Source of the DNA: Verrucomicrobiota bacterium
Lineage (GTDB): Bacteria; Verrucomicrobiota; Verrucomicrobiia; Limisphaerales; UBA11358
NCBI GenBank assembly: GCA_050012035.1
Contig: JBEKHY010000002.1
Span: 68,302 to 132,301 of the forward strand
DNA: 64,000 nt
Direction of reading: 5' to 3'
Below the pieces are notes generated by a model. That model was not told the origin of the DNA and did not search any database. It worked only from the letters and a program-made list of their open reading frames with translations. How positions within the stretch are numbered: the first letter of the stretch is position 1; the number at the start of each line of letters is the position of its first letter. Below are positions 11,181 to 22,205 of this stretch, piece by piece. Made by a program: the position numbers and the translations under genes.

Positions 11181-12440
11181 ATGAACCGGCGCAATATACT
11201 CAGGTGGCTGGCGATAATGCTTTCAGGCGTTTCGGCCTTGAACGCTTCAGCGAACGGTTTCCGGCTTGCGGATCAGGATGCCTTTGCGACTGCGCGCGGC
11301 GAAGCATTTGCCGCCACTGCGGATAATCCCTCCGCCATTTACTACAACCCGGCGGGCATCACCCAGCTTGAGGGCAACAATCTTCGTGCCGGCATTTATG
11401 GAATCTATTATGACCCAAGCTACAGCCCTCCGAACGGCGGCAATTCTTACCACAGTTCAGACAACCTCGGCGCTGCACCTCAATTCTTCTATGCATACAC
11501 GCCAAAGGATTTTCCGCTGAGTTTTGGTCTAGGGGTTTACGCGCCGTTTGGCGGAAAGTCGAGCTGGCCGCAGAACACGGGCTTCCGCTCGGTGGCTTTG
11601 GACGGCTCACTGACTTATTTGACGATCAATCCGGTCGTGGCATACAAGGTGTTGCCTTCCCTTTCCCTCGGCGCAGGCTTGATGGTGAACTATGCGAACA
11701 TGGATTTGGAACAAGGCTTGAGCCGTTTCTATCTGCCTCCTAATACCAACTTCTTCCGTTTCACCGGGGACGGCTGGAGTGTGGGTTATAATCTGGGCCT
11801 GCTCTGGCAGCCGCACGAAAAAATTTCGTTTGGTGCCTCGTTCCGCAGTTCCGCAACGGTCACCTTGGATGGCCAAACGCATTATGAGCAATGGCCCCAA
11901 ATATCAACGCCCGTCTACCAATCCGCCCACGCGGACTTCAAATTCCCGTTGAACGCCGTTGTCGGCATTTCCTACCGACCGACGCCAAAGTGGAATATTG
12001 AGTTTGATGCGGACTACACGGATTGGAGCAGCTTCGGATCAACCACCATCCACCAAGCGGCCACTACGTATCCTGTAATACAGGACATTCCTTTGAGACT
12101 TTACTGGCAGGCGAGTTGGATATACGAGTTCGGCGTAACGCGGTATTTTGACAGCGGTTGGCACGCGAGCGCCGGTTTCGTCTATAACGAGAACTCCGTG
12201 CCGAATGCGTATTATTCCCCAATCGTGGCGGACATGGACCGTTATTTTTTCAGTGTTGGTGCGGGACACAAAGGCAGACGATTCGATTTTGACATCGCCT
12301 ATCAGTTCGGCTACGGCCCCACGCACACGGTCACCGGCAGCCAGCCATCCTCGACACCTGCACAGACAACTGGGACTGCCAACGGGAATTATGATTTTAC
12401 CAGCCACGCGGTGCTGGTGACGGTGGGGCTGCATTTTTAA
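11181..12440 (+). CDS. fadL: FadL/OmpP1-family outer-membrane long-chain fatty acid transporter
   Basis: Signal peptide; ADNPSAIYYNPAG, GLGVYAPFG, YTDWS; terminal aromatic residue (LHF). Confidence 0.88.
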   Translation: MNRRNILRWLAIMLSGVSALNASANGFRLADQDAFATARGEAFAATADNPSAIYYNPAGITQLEGNNLRAGIYGIYYDPSYSPPNGGNSYHSSDNLGAAPQFFYAYTPKDFPLSFGLGVYAPFGGKSSWPQNTGFRSVALDGSLTYLTINPVVAYKVLPSLSLGAGLMVNYANMDLEQGLSRFYLPPNTNFFRFTGDGWSVGYNLGLLWQPHEKISFGASFRSSATVTLDGQTHYEQWPQISTPVYQSAHADFKFPLNAVVGISYRPTPKWNIEFDADYTDWSSFGSTTIHQAATTYPVIQDIPLRLYWQASWIYEFGVTRYFDSGWHASAGFVYNENSVPNAYYSPIVADMDRYFFSVGAGHKGRRFDFDIAYQFGYGPTHTVTGSQPSSTPAQTTGTANGNYDFTSHAVLVTVGLHF

Positions 12441-12868
12441 TTCCGCCGCTGTCCAAAGTTAAATCCCGCGGAACAAAACAACGGGGAAATCGGAACGCTG
12501 AGGGCTTTTGAAATTTCCCAAAGTGCTTCGACAGAAACGGGTTGTGGCCGCTTTCGATCTGGCTGATGCAAGCCCCGCCGCCGGCCCAAACCGTAGTCTC
12601 AATTATTTTAAATTCTTTGCTTGCATTATTCCTTAGACAGTATATACACCCGGTTGTTGGAGTTGGTTTTCAGAGGAAATTCGACACGGGAAAATGTGGA
12701 AATCAAAATCGGGAAGTTTTATGGAGTGGATCGCTCCCAAAGCGGAAGCGGGAAGCCCGCCCGGCCGGGCGCCGGCAGATGTAGCCGGAGAAGGAAAAGG
12801 ATGGCCGCGCTACGGGAACCTCTTTGTTCAAATTCACCGCATCGCAACCATGAATTCGAAGGAACATT

Positions 12869-13207
12869 ATGAATACATCGGCTGAAATAAAACCCTCTAA
12901 CGCGCGTCCGCTGAAATGGCGCTGGCGGCATAAAAAATTATACTTCTACCTTTCCCTTGGTTTGACAACATTCGCCGGGGCGTTACCTGGGCTGGCTGTA
13001 TTTGCCCTGCTTTTTTGCAGCCCCCTTTATGGTGCCCTAAAGCACACGCCGGTTCTGTTGGTGCTGACGGCCTTGGCCGCTTTGGTGGTAATGGTTTTTG
13101 GCTACCTCTTGGGTGCTTTAGTGACCTGTGTTTTTTTCATCATGGAAAAAATTTGTTTCCCCGAAGATACAGGCCCGTCCTCAGAGAAACATTCTGCCCA
13201 GCAATAA
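12869..13207 (+). CDS. Small membrane protein, cassette copy 1
   Basis: 112 aa with two hydrophobic segments; paralog at 13823; aagga RBS-like motif upstream. Confidence 0.7.
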   Translation: MNTSAEIKPSNARPLKWRWRHKKLYFYLSLGLTTFAGALPGLAVFALLFCSPLYGALKHTPVLLVLTALAALVVMVFGYLLGALVTCVFFIMEKICFPEDTGPSSEKHSAQQ

Positions 13208-13304
13208 CCCTTTCAACTTTAAAACAGGACAATTATGAAAATCAAAAAAGGCCGACTGGCGGTATTATTAACTGCCACCACCAGCATATTACATTAAGGT
13301 AGCT

Positions 13305-13622
13305 ATGAATACCCCCCCATCAGGCGTTCAAAGCGATTCAATATTTGCCATCATCCCCAAAACGAAAAAAGCGTGGCTCGAAGAATTATACGTTGGGCTT
13401 CTAGCCCTCGCCGGTCTTAGTCCCGGCATCCTTGCTTTTCTTGCGCGAGGGATGTTGCTTCACCGCGTTCACCTGTCTTTGATCGCCAACGTAATCTGGG
13501 TTTGCGCCGCGTTTGCCGTTCTGGTGTTCGGCGGATTTACCGGACTTATTGCAGGCGAGCAGAAGTTGATACTGGACAAGATCGAACGGCTGGTAAAACA
13601 GCACGATGCTTCGCCGAAATAA
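13305..13622 (+). CDS. Small two-TM hypothetical protein
   Basis: 105 aa; taaggt RBS-like motif; two hydrophobic stretches. Confidence 0.6.
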   Translation: MNTPPSGVQSDSIFAIIPKTKKAWLEELYVGLLALAGLSPGILAFLARGMLLHRVHLSLIANVIWVCAAFAVLVFGGFTGLIAGEQKLILDKIERLVKQHDASPK

Positions 13623-13822
13623 CTTTTCAAACGCCGAGGGCCAAAATTAAAATACAAAGAACAGTATCCGGGCGGGGAAAGCAAAAGGCAGTTGCCGGCA
13701 TACCCGCCATCGCCAAGGCCGGGGGAGCCAATTGTTGTCGAAGGAGCAAATAGGTGGCCGTGCGACCGGGAGCCCTTTTATTCAAATTCACTGAATCGTA
13801 ACCATGAAATCGAAGGAACATT

Positions 13823-14161
13823 ATGAATACATCGACTGAAATAAAACCTTCCAACACGCGCCCGCTGAGATGGCGGAACCGGCATAAAAATTTATATTTC
13901 GCACTTGGTCTTGCCGGCTGCATTGTTTTGGGGGCGTTGCCTGGGTTGGGTGCGTTTTACCTGCTCTTGGGTAACGCACACAACATCCTCAGACAAAATA
14001 CCCACTTTCAAACAATGGTTTTGCTCTTGGTGGCTTATGGGTTGCTCTTCGTTGGAATACTAATGGGTATTTTGATAGCCTGCGCATTGTTCCTTGTTGA
14101 AAAAATTTGTTTCCCCGAAGATACAGGCCCGTCCTCAGAAAAACATTCTGCCCAGCAATAA
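13823..14161 (+). CDS. Small membrane protein, cassette copy 2
   Basis: 112 aa; N-terminus similar and C-terminus (EKICFPEDTGPSSEKHSAQQ) identical to copy 1. Confidence 0.7.
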   Translation: MNTSTEIKPSNTRPLRWRNRHKNLYFALGLAGCIVLGALPGLGAFYLLLGNAHNILRQNTHFQTMVLLLVAYGLLFVGILMGILIACALFLVEKICFPEDTGPSSEKHSAQQ

Positions 14162-14188
14162 CCCTTTCAACCTTAAAACAGAACAATT

Positions 14189-15007
14189 ATGAAAATCAAA
14201 AAAGGCCGGTTGGCGGCATTATTGGCAGCTTATCCCCTATTGGGTAAAGCTTTCAGCCTTGTCCTTGCTGTCCTTATCCTCGTTATAGTTATTGGGACTC
14301 TCACGTATTTGGCCATCCATTTCGTGAAGAAGTTTGATGAAGAAATTAATCCGCCACCCCCAGCCCCGCAGACAAATAGCGTGTCTGTTAACATTGAAAA
14401 GATCTGGTGGACTTACCTTAATCCAACGAATCCGATTCTTCCACCGTTTGATTGGAACAGGGCTGAGAGTAATTGTTTAGTGGAATCTCCGATGCTGGGC
14501 AATTTCCCGGCTTTAACAAATCCGGGTTCGGGCCATGTCCTGCAATATGGTTACGCTTCTTTACCCAGCAATTCGTTTGTTTTGTGGATGCGCATGGACG
14601 CCGGTATTGCCCCCAACCTTACCCCACTTGAAACTAACGGATTGGTCCAGACCCTTCTGGATGATGGCGCTAATTTCGATGGTATTGTTGCTGTGCTCAA
14701 TAATTTTTATCCAATAACGGTGCAGTCGAATCCATCGAACAAGGTGAGCCTTTTTTATTCGCCTTTGGTCCATTACACCGCAATAAATGGAATTACCAAT
14801 ATGGTGGCTTTGAACTTCGTAATTGACCGGGGTGACACCTTGCAATCCATGATGCCGTTCTACACCAACAGGGGTTGTTACCTTGACGCAGTGAATATGC
14901 TCATTGATAGCAATGCGTTTCCGAACTGCGGCTTTTACCGAGTGAGGTTACAGGAAGGTATTCCAGACACGCAAAGCCAGACCAATTCAACTTACTGGGG
15001 AAATTAG
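14189..15007 (+). CDS. Hypothetical membrane-anchored/exported protein
   Basis: 272 aa; N-terminal hydrophobic anchor, Pro-rich linker, Asn/Thr-rich domain. Confidence 0.65.
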   Translation: MKIKKGRLAALLAAYPLLGKAFSLVLAVLILVIVIGTLTYLAIHFVKKFDEEINPPPPAPQTNSVSVNIEKIWWTYLNPTNPILPPFDWNRAESNCLVESPMLGNFPALTNPGSGHVLQYGYASLPSNSFVLWMRMDAGIAPNLTPLETNGLVQTLLDDGANFDGIVAVLNNFYPITVQSNPSNKVSLFYSPLVHYTAINGITNMVALNFVIDRGDTLQSMMPFYTNRGCYLDAVNMLIDSNAFPNCGFYRVRLQEGIPDTQSQTNSTYWGN

Positions 15008-15350
15008 TTCTCCCGTTGAGCGCATTTGACGTTGGTTTTTAAGCGGCGCCAGTCTTTTGGACACCGCGCCGGGAGCACCACCTGTGAACTTGCTCAGTTC
15101 TTTGTATGTCATCGCCATGGCTGACGATTGAGTGTCGTTCACTAATGCGGCCAATGTCACAGAATCCCCTAATGAGCGAATCTCGGGTGAAAGCCACAGG
15201 ACCAGAAAGAGATGCCAGATCGAGTCCGTGGCGGGGCTGCTCCGTCCTTTTACCGCGTCCGTTCACGCCATAGCCGACAGAACAACCGGGGGATGTTTCC
15301 ATTTATCTACTGGGCACTTTTCCCAGCTGTTCCCGAAGCAAAGCGCCGAC

Positions 15351-16244
15351 TTACCCGGCAATCAGATGAAACCTCTGCAACATGCCCGTGAGGAGGGCAT
15401 TGAATTCCGCCGGGCGCTCGAGCATGAGCCAGTGGCCCACGTTTTCCATGACGCGATAATCGGTTTGCGGCGAGAGTGAGCGGACGTAATTTTCGCCATC
15501 AGCGTCTGACATCAGGCCTTTGGCGCTGATGACGAGCAGGGGCACGTCTGCCTTTTTCAGCGACCAATCCGGCTGGTCCGGGCCGAACATTCCCTCCATG
15601 GCGCTGGAGATGACGTGCTGCGGCGTGGCGAGCATTTCGGACAAAATCCGGTCGCGCAAGGCTTCGGTGCCGGGCACGGGAAACATCGCGCCGAAAAACC
15701 GCCGGGTGTACTCGCGATATTCCGGTGAACGAAACTCGGCGATGAATTTTTCGGCTTCACCGGGCGGCACCCGGGGCCGGCGCACGAATCCGTCCACCAC
15801 CACCAAGGCGGCAACTTTCTCCGGCGCCTGTTCATAAACACGGCAGATGACCGGCCCGCCCATGCTGTGGCCGACGAGCACGGCCTTGTCCACCCGGGCA
15901 TCGCGCATCACCGCGAGGACGGCGCCGGCGAAATAGTCCATGCTGAATGCCGCGGGCTGCTGGTCGCTTTGGCCGTGGCCGGGAAGGTCAATGAGCACCA
16001 GCCGCGCCTTGCCCGCCAGCGCCGGGACCTGCTCGCGCCAGAAGCCGAGGTTGCCCGCCCAGCAATGAACGAAGACCAGCGTGTTCCGGCCTTCGCCCAC
16101 AGTGACGTAATGAATTTTATTTGCGCCGAAGGGGACGGAATGCGATTGGCCGTCAGCCGGCGATTTGCCTTTCGGCGCGGCGGCGTCACCGGTAAAGGAT
16201 GGCCGCCCGATGGCATCAAGGGCAAGCTCACTTGTTTTCGTCAT
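15351..16244 (-). CDS. Alpha/beta hydrolase
   Basis: IDLPGHGQS, nucleophile elbow GHSMGG, catalytic GH followed by ERPAEFN; start uncertain. Confidence 0.88.
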   Translation of the reverse strand: MTKTSELALDAIGRPSFTGDAAAPKGKSPADGQSHSVPFGANKIHYVTVGEGRNTLVFVHCWAGNLGFWREQVPALAGKARLVLIDLPGHGQSDQQPAAFSMDYFAGAVLAVMRDARVDKAVLVGHSMGGPVICRVYEQAPEKVAALVVVDGFVRRPRVPPGEAEKFIAEFRSPEYREYTRRFFGAMFPVPGTEALRDRILSEMLATPQHVISSAMEGMFGPDQPDWSLKKADVPLLVISAKGLMSDADGENYVRSLSPQTDYRVMENVGHWLMLERPAEFNALLTGMLQRFHLIAG

Positions 16245-16567
16245 AACCCAAAATTTCTTATCGCAGTTGACCGGGCCGTGCCGGACCTGCCCAAGGGCAA
16301 ACACACCCAAGGGCCGTTTCCCCTGTTCCCGACACTCGATTCAACCGCCACATTTTTTGCACAACTTCCGAAAAGAATCACCCTTTTTCAATACGGCGCC
16401 TGTCCTGTAACGGGACAAGCACCCCTTTTGCCGTTCGATTCCATCAGCGGTGCCGGGCATTTCACCTGCGAGCAGCGCGGGTGGAACAAAGCAATGGCGA
16501 TGCCAGTTGCAAAGGCCAAGAATCGCTTTGTTTTGGCGCAAAAAATGGTCTATTCATTCATTCCGAA

Positions 16568-18085
16568 ATGAGTCAGATCGCCAACAACAATGGAAACGGA
16601 GAGAGTGGACAGGAGCTTCGCGCGCTCAAAAAAATGGCGCAGGGCGAAACCGCTGCGGGTCCCTCCGGCGTCAAGGAAAGTCTGGTCACGTTCCAGACCG
16701 CCGAAGGACTGGAGTTGCGCGGCGTGCCGGTGCGCGTGACGCGGCACACGGTCGTGTTCGAGCTGTATAATCCGAGTGTGACACCGCGGCTGTCCGAAGT
16801 GCTGGGTGAATTCAAAATCAGCCTGCAAGGCCGGACGATTTACGCGGGCCGCGCCGTGGTCCGCAACGTGATGGATGCCGGCCAGAACGTCGTTTGCGAG
16901 GCGACGTTGAACGAGGCGCACTGGATGGATGTGGACCTCGGCTTGTTGTCGCAACCCGATGGGCGGCTGGCGGGGGAGTTCAGGAAATTCCTCGCCGAAT
17001 GGCAGAAGCTTTACAAAGTGCTGTCGGAATACAAAATCGTCGTTGCCGATATGCAGACCTTTCTGGCCGACCTGCAGATGTGGTTGGAACAGATCGAACT
17101 GGGCATTCGCTCCCTGCCGGCTGGCAGCCGATGGCAATTGGAACAGGAAGTAACCCATGAACTCGCGCAGGTGGTGATTCCGCCGGTGAACGAACTTTTT
17201 GAAAAATTCGAGGCGATTGCGGAAACTATCGACGACGATCAAAGGCCGGCGCATGAAAGTTATATGCGGCAACATTTGCATCCTTTGGTGCTGGGCGCGC
17301 CGTTTGCCCATCGCACGTTTTACAAGCCGCTCGGCTATGCCGGCGACTATGAGATGGTGAACATGATCGCCCGCGATGGCCAGGAAGGCAGTTCCCTGTT
17401 TGCCAAGGTCCTTAACTGTTGGTTTCTCAAACAGCCGCCGGCGGTAGCGCACCGCCACCGATTGACTTACCTGACCCAATGCGTGGAAACGGAGGCGTTG
17501 CGCGCCGTGCGCCTGGGGCGCAAGGCGCGCATTTTTGACTTTGCCTGCGGTCCCGCCGTCGAAGTGCAGCGTTTTCTCCAGGATTCTCCAATGCGCGAGC
17601 AGGTCGAATTGACCCTGACGGATTTCAATCGGGAAACCCTGGAACATGTCCGGAAGGCGCTGAATGACATCAAGGAACGCTCGGGTCGGAAATTCACGGT
17701 GCAGGTACAGAAGAAAACCGTTCATCAATTGATCAAGGAAAGCCTGAAGCCGGCGGTGTCGGGCGACAGGGCCAAACGTGAGTTTGATTTTATCTATTGC
17801 ACGGGGTTGTTTGATTATCTGTCCGACCACACTTGCCGGCAGTTGATGGACATTTTTTATGACCTGGTCGCGCCGGGGGGCTTGCTGGTGGCGACCAACG
17901 TGGAACCTTCCAACCCGCGGCGGAATGGCATGGCTTACCTGCTGGACTGGCATTTGATCTATCGCACGGCACCGGACCTGCGCGCGCTGAAGCCGGGGCG
18001 CGCGCCCGATGACGCCCTGTGTGTCCGCTCCGATGCCACGGGTGTGAATTTATTCCTCGAAATCCGCAAGCCAGCCAATGGTTGA
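16568..18085 (+). CDS. Class I SAM methyltransferase, PhcB-like (3-hydroxy fatty acid methyl ester synthase family), with N-terminal extension
   Basis: KPLGYAGDYEMVN, SAM motif IFDFACGPA, FDFIYCTGLFDYL, PGGLLVATN; overlaps the downstream sensor kinase. Confidence 0.75.
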   Translation: MSQIANNNGNGESGQELRALKKMAQGETAAGPSGVKESLVTFQTAEGLELRGVPVRVTRHTVVFELYNPSVTPRLSEVLGEFKISLQGRTIYAGRAVVRNVMDAGQNVVCEATLNEAHWMDVDLGLLSQPDGRLAGEFRKFLAEWQKLYKVLSEYKIVVADMQTFLADLQMWLEQIELGIRSLPAGSRWQLEQEVTHELAQVVIPPVNELFEKFEAIAETIDDDQRPAHESYMRQHLHPLVLGAPFAHRTFYKPLGYAGDYEMVNMIARDGQEGSSLFAKVLNCWFLKQPPAVAHRHRLTYLTQCVETEALRAVRLGRKARIFDFACGPAVEVQRFLQDSPMREQVELTLTDFNRETLEHVRKALNDIKERSGRKFTVQVQKKTVHQLIKESLKPAVSGDRAKREFDFIYCTGLFDYLSDHTCRQLMDIFYDLVAPGGLLVATNVEPSNPRRNGMAYLLDWHLIYRTAPDLRALKPGRAPDDALCVRSDATGVNLFLEIRKPANG

Positions 18086-20804
18086 GAATCCAACATTTTC
18101 AAATCCTGATTTTGCCAACGCGTTCGTTGCCAATGAACGACAGGAACGTCTGCGCACGGGCAAAGTCGCGTCGGTGCTGGTGATAGTTTTGATGCCGCTC
18201 GGCTCGGTCATGGATTGGCTGGTTTACCACCCGCAACGCTGGGATTTTCTCGAACTGCGGTTCCTCTGTTCCGTTCTGGCGGCCGGCCTCTGGTATTTGC
18301 ACACCACCGAGCTTGGACAAAAACATTATCGTCGGCTGGGTATTCCCATCGCGCTCCTGCCGGCGTTCTTCATGTGCTGGATCATTGCCGCGGCGCAAGG
18401 ACCATTGGCGGGCGCAACTTCAAATTATTATGCGGCGCTTAATTTGATCTTGCTCGCCGTGAGCGTCGTGGTGCGCTGGGATGTCTGGGAGTCAATGTTT
18501 TGTGTGGCCGCCATCATCCTGATGTATCTGGGCGCCTGCAGCTTCCACTGGCTGAAACCGACTTCCGAAGAATTTTTCAACAATCTGGCCAACAACCTTT
18601 ATTTCATGGCGCTGACCGGCATCATCGTCATTGTGGGGAACCACTTTTTTTACCGGTTGCGATTCAGCGAATTTGCCTTGCGCTACGAGCTGGACAGAAA
18701 CCGCGCGGCGCTGGAAGAGAGCAATCGCAAACTGGTCGAACTCGACCAGATCAAAGGCCGCTTCTTTGCCAACATCAGCCACGAGTTGCGCACGCCGCTC
18801 ACCCTGCTGCTCGCGCCGCTGGAAACGTTGATCCATCGCTTCAACCGCGCGTTCGACGAGGACACGTGCAATCTCCTGGAGACCATGCACGCCAACGGCA
18901 TGAGGTTGCTCAAACTCATCAACGATTTGCTCGCTCTGGTCCGCCTCGAATCCGGCCGCATGGACGTCAAGCGTGAGCCGCTCGCCGTCGCGGAATTTGC
19001 CAAAGGCCTGGCCAGCGCGGCGCGACAGGTGGCCGATGACAAGCGCATCCAGCTCGAAACGTTTGTGGACCCGGCGCTGGGCACCGTGCTGGCCGACCGC
19101 GACAAGCTGGAAAAAGTCGTGCTCAACCTTTTGTTCAACGCGCTCAAATTCACGCCGGCGGGCGGGCGCGTGGAATTGCGCGCCGAAAAGCAGGACGGAG
19201 AATTCGTCTTGATTGTGAGCGACACGGGCATGGGCATCGCCGAGAAAAACCTGCCGTTTATCTTCGACCGCTTTTGGCAGGCCGACGGCTCGTCCAAGCG
19301 CAAGTATCAAGGGGTTGGCATCGGTCTGGCGCTGGTAAAGGAACTGGTCGGGATCCAGAACGGCAAAGTAAGCGTGGACAGCCAGGAGGGCAAGGGCACG
19401 ACATTCACCGTGCGGTTGCCGTATGAAAAGGCCGGGGTGGTTGCGCCAGAGCCGCCGGCTGGAAGCGGGGAAAATGTTTCCAGCGAGGCGGAAGCCGGCG
19501 GGACCGTGACCTCGGAGGAATGGCTGGCAAATTTATATCGGCGTGCCGAGTTGTTCCCGGCGTTGACCCCATTGCATGAGGCCGTCAAGCCGGTCGAGTT
19601 CACGGGCAACGGTCGGCGGGCCAAGTTGCTGGTGGCCGACGACGAACCGGACATGCTGCGGTTTTTGAAATCGCAGTTGGCCGCGCAATACGAGGTGATT
19701 GAGGCGGTGGACGGCCAACAAGTGGTGGAAAAGGCAAGCCAGTTTTTGCCGGACGTCATTCTGCTGGACATGATGATGCCGGAGAAGGACGGGCTGCAGG
19801 CCTGCCGCGAAATCCGCGCGCACACGCCCACGCAAAACATCCCGATCATCCTGCTCACCGCGCGCGCCGATGAGGAAACGAAATTGACCGCGCTGGGGGC
19901 CGGCGCGAGCGATTTCCTGGCGAAGCCGTTTTCGACGACGGAACTGCACGTGCGCATCAGAAATCTGGTCGAATCACACGATTACCAGCGCAAGTTATCC
20001 AGGCAAAATCAGGCGCTCGAATCCACCATCGAACAGCTCAAGGACACCGAATCCCAGTTGGTGCAGACCGAGAAGCTGGCGTCGCTGGGGCGTATGAGCG
20101 CGGGCATCATCCACGAAATCAACAACCCGCTGAATTTTGCCACGACCGGCCTGTTCGCCTTGCGCCACAAAAGCGGGTTGCTCGCGCCGGAGCAGCGCGG
20201 TGAATACGAGGAAATTCTTCGGGACGTCGAGGAAGGCATCAAGCGCGTGCGCGACATCGTGTCCGACCTCCGCACCTTCACGCATCCGAATGTGGAGCAG
20301 CGTGAGCAGGTCGAGGTGGCCGAAGTGGTCGGCGCGGCGCTGCGGTTTTTGAGCAGCGAATGGCGCGACAAGGTGCGGATTGAACAGAACCTGGCCGAAC
20401 ACCAGACGGTCTGGGCCAACCGCAACAAAATGGTTCACATCCTGGTGAATCTGTTGCAAAATTCACTGGATGCGCTGCGGCACAAACAGTTTGCCGGCGA
20501 GCAGCCGACCATCTGGATCGAGGGCCGCGTGGAGAACGACCGCAGCCTGGTCATGGTTCGCGACAACGGCACAGGCATTGACGCCGAACACCTGGACAAG
20601 ATTTTTGATCCGTTCTTTACAACGAAGGAAGTGGGCAAGGGCATGGGATTGGGCTTGAGCATTTGTTATCGCATCGTTCGGGACTACGACGGGCGCGTTT
20701 CCGTCAAGACCGAGCGCGGCCGGTATTGCGAATTCACGCTCGAATTTCCCGTGAAGCGCCCGGCCGCAGTTTCACCGGAGCAACGACATGGAGAACTTGT
20801 ATAA
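18078..20804 (+). CDS. Membrane hybrid sensor kinase (TM-HisKA-HATPase-REC-HisKA-HATPase), PhcS-like
   Basis: Multiple TM helices; [53 protein letters not shown]. Confidence 0.9.
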   Translation: MVENPTFSNPDFANAFVANERQERLRTGKVASVLVIVLMPLGSVMDWLVYHPQRWDFLELRFLCSVLAAGLWYLHTTELGQKHYRRLGIPIALLPAFFMCWIIAAAQGPLAGATSNYYAALNLILLAVSVVVRWDVWESMFCVAAIILMYLGACSFHWLKPTSEEFFNNLANNLYFMALTGIIVIVGNHFFYRLRFSEFALRYELDRNRAALEESNRKLVELDQIKGRFFANISHELRTPLTLLLAPLETLIHRFNRAFDEDTCNLLETMHANGMRLLKLINDLLALVRLESGRMDVKREPLAVAEFAKGLASAARQVADDKRIQLETFVDPALGTVLADRDKLEKVVLNLLFNALKFTPAGGRVELRAEKQDGEFVLIVSDTGMGIAEKNLPFIFDRFWQADGSSKRKYQGVGIGLALVKELVGIQNGKVSVDSQEGKGTTFTVRLPYEKAGVVAPEPPAGSGENVSSEAEAGGTVTSEEWLANLYRRAELFPALTPLHEAVKPVEFTGNGRRAKLLVADDEPDMLRFLKSQLAAQYEVIEAVDGQQVVEKASQFLPDVILLDMMMPEKDGLQACREIRAHTPTQNIPIILLTARADEETKLTALGAGASDFLAKPFSTTELHVRIRNLVESHDYQRKLSRQNQALESTIEQLKDTESQLVQTEKLASLGRMSAGIIHEINNPLNFATTGLFALRHKSGLLAPEQRGEYEEILRDVEEGIKRVRDIVSDLRTFTHPNVEQREQVEVAEVVGAALRFLSSEWRDKVRIEQNLAEHQTVWANRNKMVHILVNLLQNSLDALRHKQFAGEQPTIWIEGRVENDRSLVMVRDNGTGIDAEHLDKIFDPFFTTKEVGKGMGLGLSICYRIVRDYDGRVSVKTERGRYCEFTLEFPVKRPAAVSPEQRHGELV

Positions 20805-22050
20805 CTATAAAAAATTTGCGGTCCTTTACGTGGACGACGAGGAAAAATCGCTGGCCAATTTTTCCCGCGCGTTCGGGGAGCAATTTTACATCTTCACGGC
20901 GGCCAACGCGCAGAATGGCCTGAAGCTGCTCGAGGAGCATGCCGACGAAATCGGCGTGTTGATGACCGACCAGCGGATGCCGGGCGAAAAAGGCGTGTGG
21001 CTGCTGGAACGCGCGCGCAAGCTGCGCCCCAACATCATTCGCGTGCTGGTCACGGCCTATGCCGACATGGACGCCGCCATTGCCGCCGTCAACAGCGGTG
21101 CGATTTACAAATACGTCACCAAGCCGTGGGACCCGCCGCAGCTCGAGCAAACACTCAAACGCGGCCTGGAGTTTTTCATGGTGCAACTGGAGCGCGACCA
21201 GTTGCTCCGGGAAAAAATGTCGGTGATTCGCAACATGATGATTGCCGACCGGATCGTGAGCCTGGGCCTGCTGGCCGCCGGCCTCAGCCACCACATCCGC
21301 AACTCGCTCGTGGCGGTGAAAACGTTTCTTGACCTCGCGCCGGCGAAAATGGCCGAGGAAAAATCAACGGCGCAAGGGCTGCGCAACCCCGACTTCTGGA
21401 AGGAATACCACCAGAACGTCCAGTCGCAGATCGAGAAAATCAACGGGCTGCTCAAGGATTTGTGGACGGCGTCCGAACCCCCGTCGTCCCACTTCAACGA
21501 CCAGGTGTTCATCCACGAGACCATCGCTGCCGTCCTCAAATCGTTCGAGGACCAATTCGCCGCGCGGCACATTCAGGTTGACAACCGGGTTCCCGATTCG
21601 CTGCCGGCGTTGCGGGCGGACCGGCCGAAATTTTTCCGGCTGTTCGAGCTTTTGCTGAAAGATGAGCTGGCCAGCCTGCCGGCCGGCAGCCGCCTCAGGC
21701 TGACGGCGGAATTGCAACAGAAAGACGGCGCCAGGCCCGAGATCCAGATTCAAATCAGCGACGACGGACCGGGCCTGACGCAGGAGGCGTTGCGGGTTGT
21801 GTTTGATCCGTTCGTCGTGCGCGGCGACACGCCGGCTGAATACGGCATTCACCTCATGGCGTGCTTCTTTATTGTTTATCACCACGGGGGACGGATTGAC
21901 GCCAAAAGCCAGCCCGGTCGCGGCACCACGTTCACAATTTGCCTGCCGCTCAATCCCGAACGCGCCGTGCCGCCGCCCGACGAACAGGACTTTCTCCGGC
22001 GGGTCCTGCTTAACGAGGAATTGTGGGAAAAACTGATTTCGTCCGAATAA
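20788..22050 (+). CDS. Receiver + histidine kinase-like protein, PhcR-like
   Basis: LYVDDE, TDQRMPG, YVTKPWD; LSHHIRNSL; degenerate HATPase boxes (no N-box Asn; EYGIHL in place of GxGL). Confidence 0.85.
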   Translation: MENLYNYKKFAVLYVDDEEKSLANFSRAFGEQFYIFTAANAQNGLKLLEEHADEIGVLMTDQRMPGEKGVWLLERARKLRPNIIRVLVTAYADMDAAIAAVNSGAIYKYVTKPWDPPQLEQTLKRGLEFFMVQLERDQLLREKMSVIRNMMIADRIVSLGLLAAGLSHHIRNSLVAVKTFLDLAPAKMAEEKSTAQGLRNPDFWKEYHQNVQSQIEKINGLLKDLWTASEPPSSHFNDQVFIHETIAAVLKSFEDQFAARHIQVDNRVPDSLPALRADRPKFFRLFELLLKDELASLPAGSRLRLTAELQQKDGARPEIQIQISDDGPGLTQEALRVVFDPFVVRGDTPAEYGIHLMACFFIVYHHGGRIDAKSQPGRGTTFTICLPLNPERAVPPPDEQDFLRRVLLNEELWEKLISSE

Positions 22051-22205
22051 ACGGGGCAGGCCTTCTCAAAAATTGTCCATTCTCAGCCAATTTCCTCACA
22101 GGTCTCCGGCAAAGAATGAATTGACCTGAAGCCAAAAGCAGTTCATAATCCGGCGGTAGTAACGCCAACCGGGAACCGGTTTGGTTCATTTGGAACGGCA
22201 ACGCG

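Noticed and set aside
14189..14330. Type IV prepilin cleavage motif (GKAFSLVL)
   Set aside because: It lacks the +5 Glu and is preceded by a hydrophobic stretch; too weak to call.
15008..15350. Short ORFs in the gap before the alpha/beta hydrolase
   Set aside because: No motif, RBS or homology that I can support; possibly gene debris.
16550..17953. 467-aa minus-strand ORF and the many similar long antisense ORFs over nuo and kinase genes
   Set aside because: Shadow ORFs typical of high-GC coding DNA, with no recognisable motifs.
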